The position numbers and the translations under genes were made by a program. DNA of 64,000 bases from an uncultured delta proteobacterium (GTDB lineage Bacteria > Myxococcota_A > Polyangia > Polyangiales > Polyangiaceae). Shown piece after piece: positions 61,543-64,000 of the stretch. The DNA lies in NCBI GenBank assembly GCA_963782055.1, contig CAWAIF010000003.1, forward strand, positions 5,920,001 through 5,984,000, in the 5' to 3' direction. The notes below the pieces were generated by a model. That model ran no database searches, was not told the DNA's origin, and worked only from the letters and a program-made list of their open reading frames with translations. Numbering within the stretch: position 1 is the first letter of the stretch; the number at the start of each line of letters is the position of its first letter.

Positions 61543-62825
61543 TCAGAACTGCGCCTTCTCGGTCGAGCCCTCGAGAGCGAGCGTGGAGGCCGCGCCGCCG
61601 GAGATGACCTGCGCCACCTGGTCGAAGTAGCCGGTGCCCACCTCGCGCTGGTGGCGCGTGGCGGTGTAGCCGTCCTTCTCCGCCGCGAACTCGGCCTGCT
61701 GCAGCTCGCTGTAGGCCGCCATGCCGCGGTCGCGGTACTCGTGCGCCAGCTCGTACATGCCGTAGTTGAGGGCGTGGAAGCCCGCGAGGGTGACGAACTG
61801 GAACTTGTAGCCCATCGCGCCGAGCTCGCGCTGGAACCTGGCGATGGTGGAGTCGTCCAGGTGCTTCTTCCAGTTGAAGCTGGGCGAGCAGTTGTAGGCG
61901 AGCATCTTGTTCGGGAACTCCTTGCGGATGCCCTCGGCGAAGCGCTTCGCCTGGACGAGGTCCGGCGTGGAGGTCTCGCACCAGATCATGTCGGCGTAGG
62001 GCGCGTAGGCGAGCCCGCGCGCGATGGCGGTCTCCAGGCCATTCTGCAGGTGGTAGAAGCCCTCGGCCGTGCGCTCGCCCTTCTTGATGAAGGGGTGATC
62101 GCGCTCGTCGATGTCGCTGGTGAGGAGCTTGGCGCTGTCGGCGTCGGTGCGGGCCACCAGCACGGTGGGCACGTCGTAGACGTCCGCCGCGAGGCGCGCG
62201 GCGACGAGCGTACGGATGAACTGGCTGGTCGGCACGAGCACCTTGCCGCCGAGGTGCCCGCACTTCTTCTCGCTGGCGAGCTGGTCCTCGAAGTGGACGC
62301 CGGCGGCGCCCGCCTCGATCATGCTCTTCATCAGCTCGTGGGCGTTGAGCGGGCCTCCGAAGCCGGCCTCGGCGTCGGCCATGATGGGCGCGAGCCAGTA
62401 GCGCTCGGCCTTGCCCTCGGCGACCTCGATCTGGTCGGCGCGCAGCAGCGCGGCGTTGATGCGCCGCACGACGGCGGGCACGCTGTCGGCGGGGTAGAGG
62501 CTCTGGTCGGGGTACATGCGGCCCGCCGTGTTGGCGTCCGCGGCGACCTGCCAGCCGGAGAGGTAGACGGCCTTGAGGCCCGCGCGGACCTGCTGCACGG
62601 CCTGGTTGCCCGTCAACGCGCCCAGCGCGGCGACGTAGTCCTCGGTCTGGAGCAGGTGCCAGAGGCGCTCGGCGCCGAGGCGCGCGAGGGTGTGCTCGAC
62701 ACGGAAGGAGCCGCGGAGCCTGACGACGTCCGCCTGGGAGTAGGGCCGCTCGACGCCGTCCCAGCGATCGCTCCTGCGCGCGTGCTGCCCTGTCTGGAAG
62801 TGGGTGGGGAGGGTGGTGGCGGCGC

Positions 62826-62829
<4 letters not shown>
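61543..62829 (-). CDS. aceA: Isocitrate lyase
   Basis: [27 protein letters not shown]. Confidence 0.98.

Positions 62830-64000
<1,171 letters not shown>

Overview
High-GC window whose gene content suggests a myxobacterium (Polyangiaceae-like: many DAG-linker lipoproteins, a Ser/Thr kinase, sigma54 promoters). 1-14.3 kb is the dcw operon (mraZ-rsmH-ftsL-ftsI-murE-murF-mraY-murD-ftsW-murG-murC-ftsQ), with a sigma70 promoter and MraZ boxes. The rest mixes housekeeping genes (acyl-CoA dehydrogenase, infC, smpB, ilvE, aceA/aceB) with accessory loci. Highlights: (1) a RiPP-like locus at 24.9-27.4 kb, where a PlpX-like (splicease-type) radical SAM/SPASM enzyme follows three paralogous precursors built as Zn-ribbon leader + lipobox + two xYG[AG]P motifs, plus a 24-codon relic of a fourth; (2) a (GGCTG)6 repeat that puts a lipoprotein signal peptide out of frame (candidate phase variation), upstream of two Cys-rich paralogues; (3) a tyrosine recombinase + IS91-type transposase element with 26-bp inverted repeats, sitting with a paralogous Cys-rich lipoprotein between ~190-bp direct repeats. 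Several single-base frameshifts, one in ftsI, point to assembly indel errors. All family assignments come from reading motifs by eye; no searches were run.
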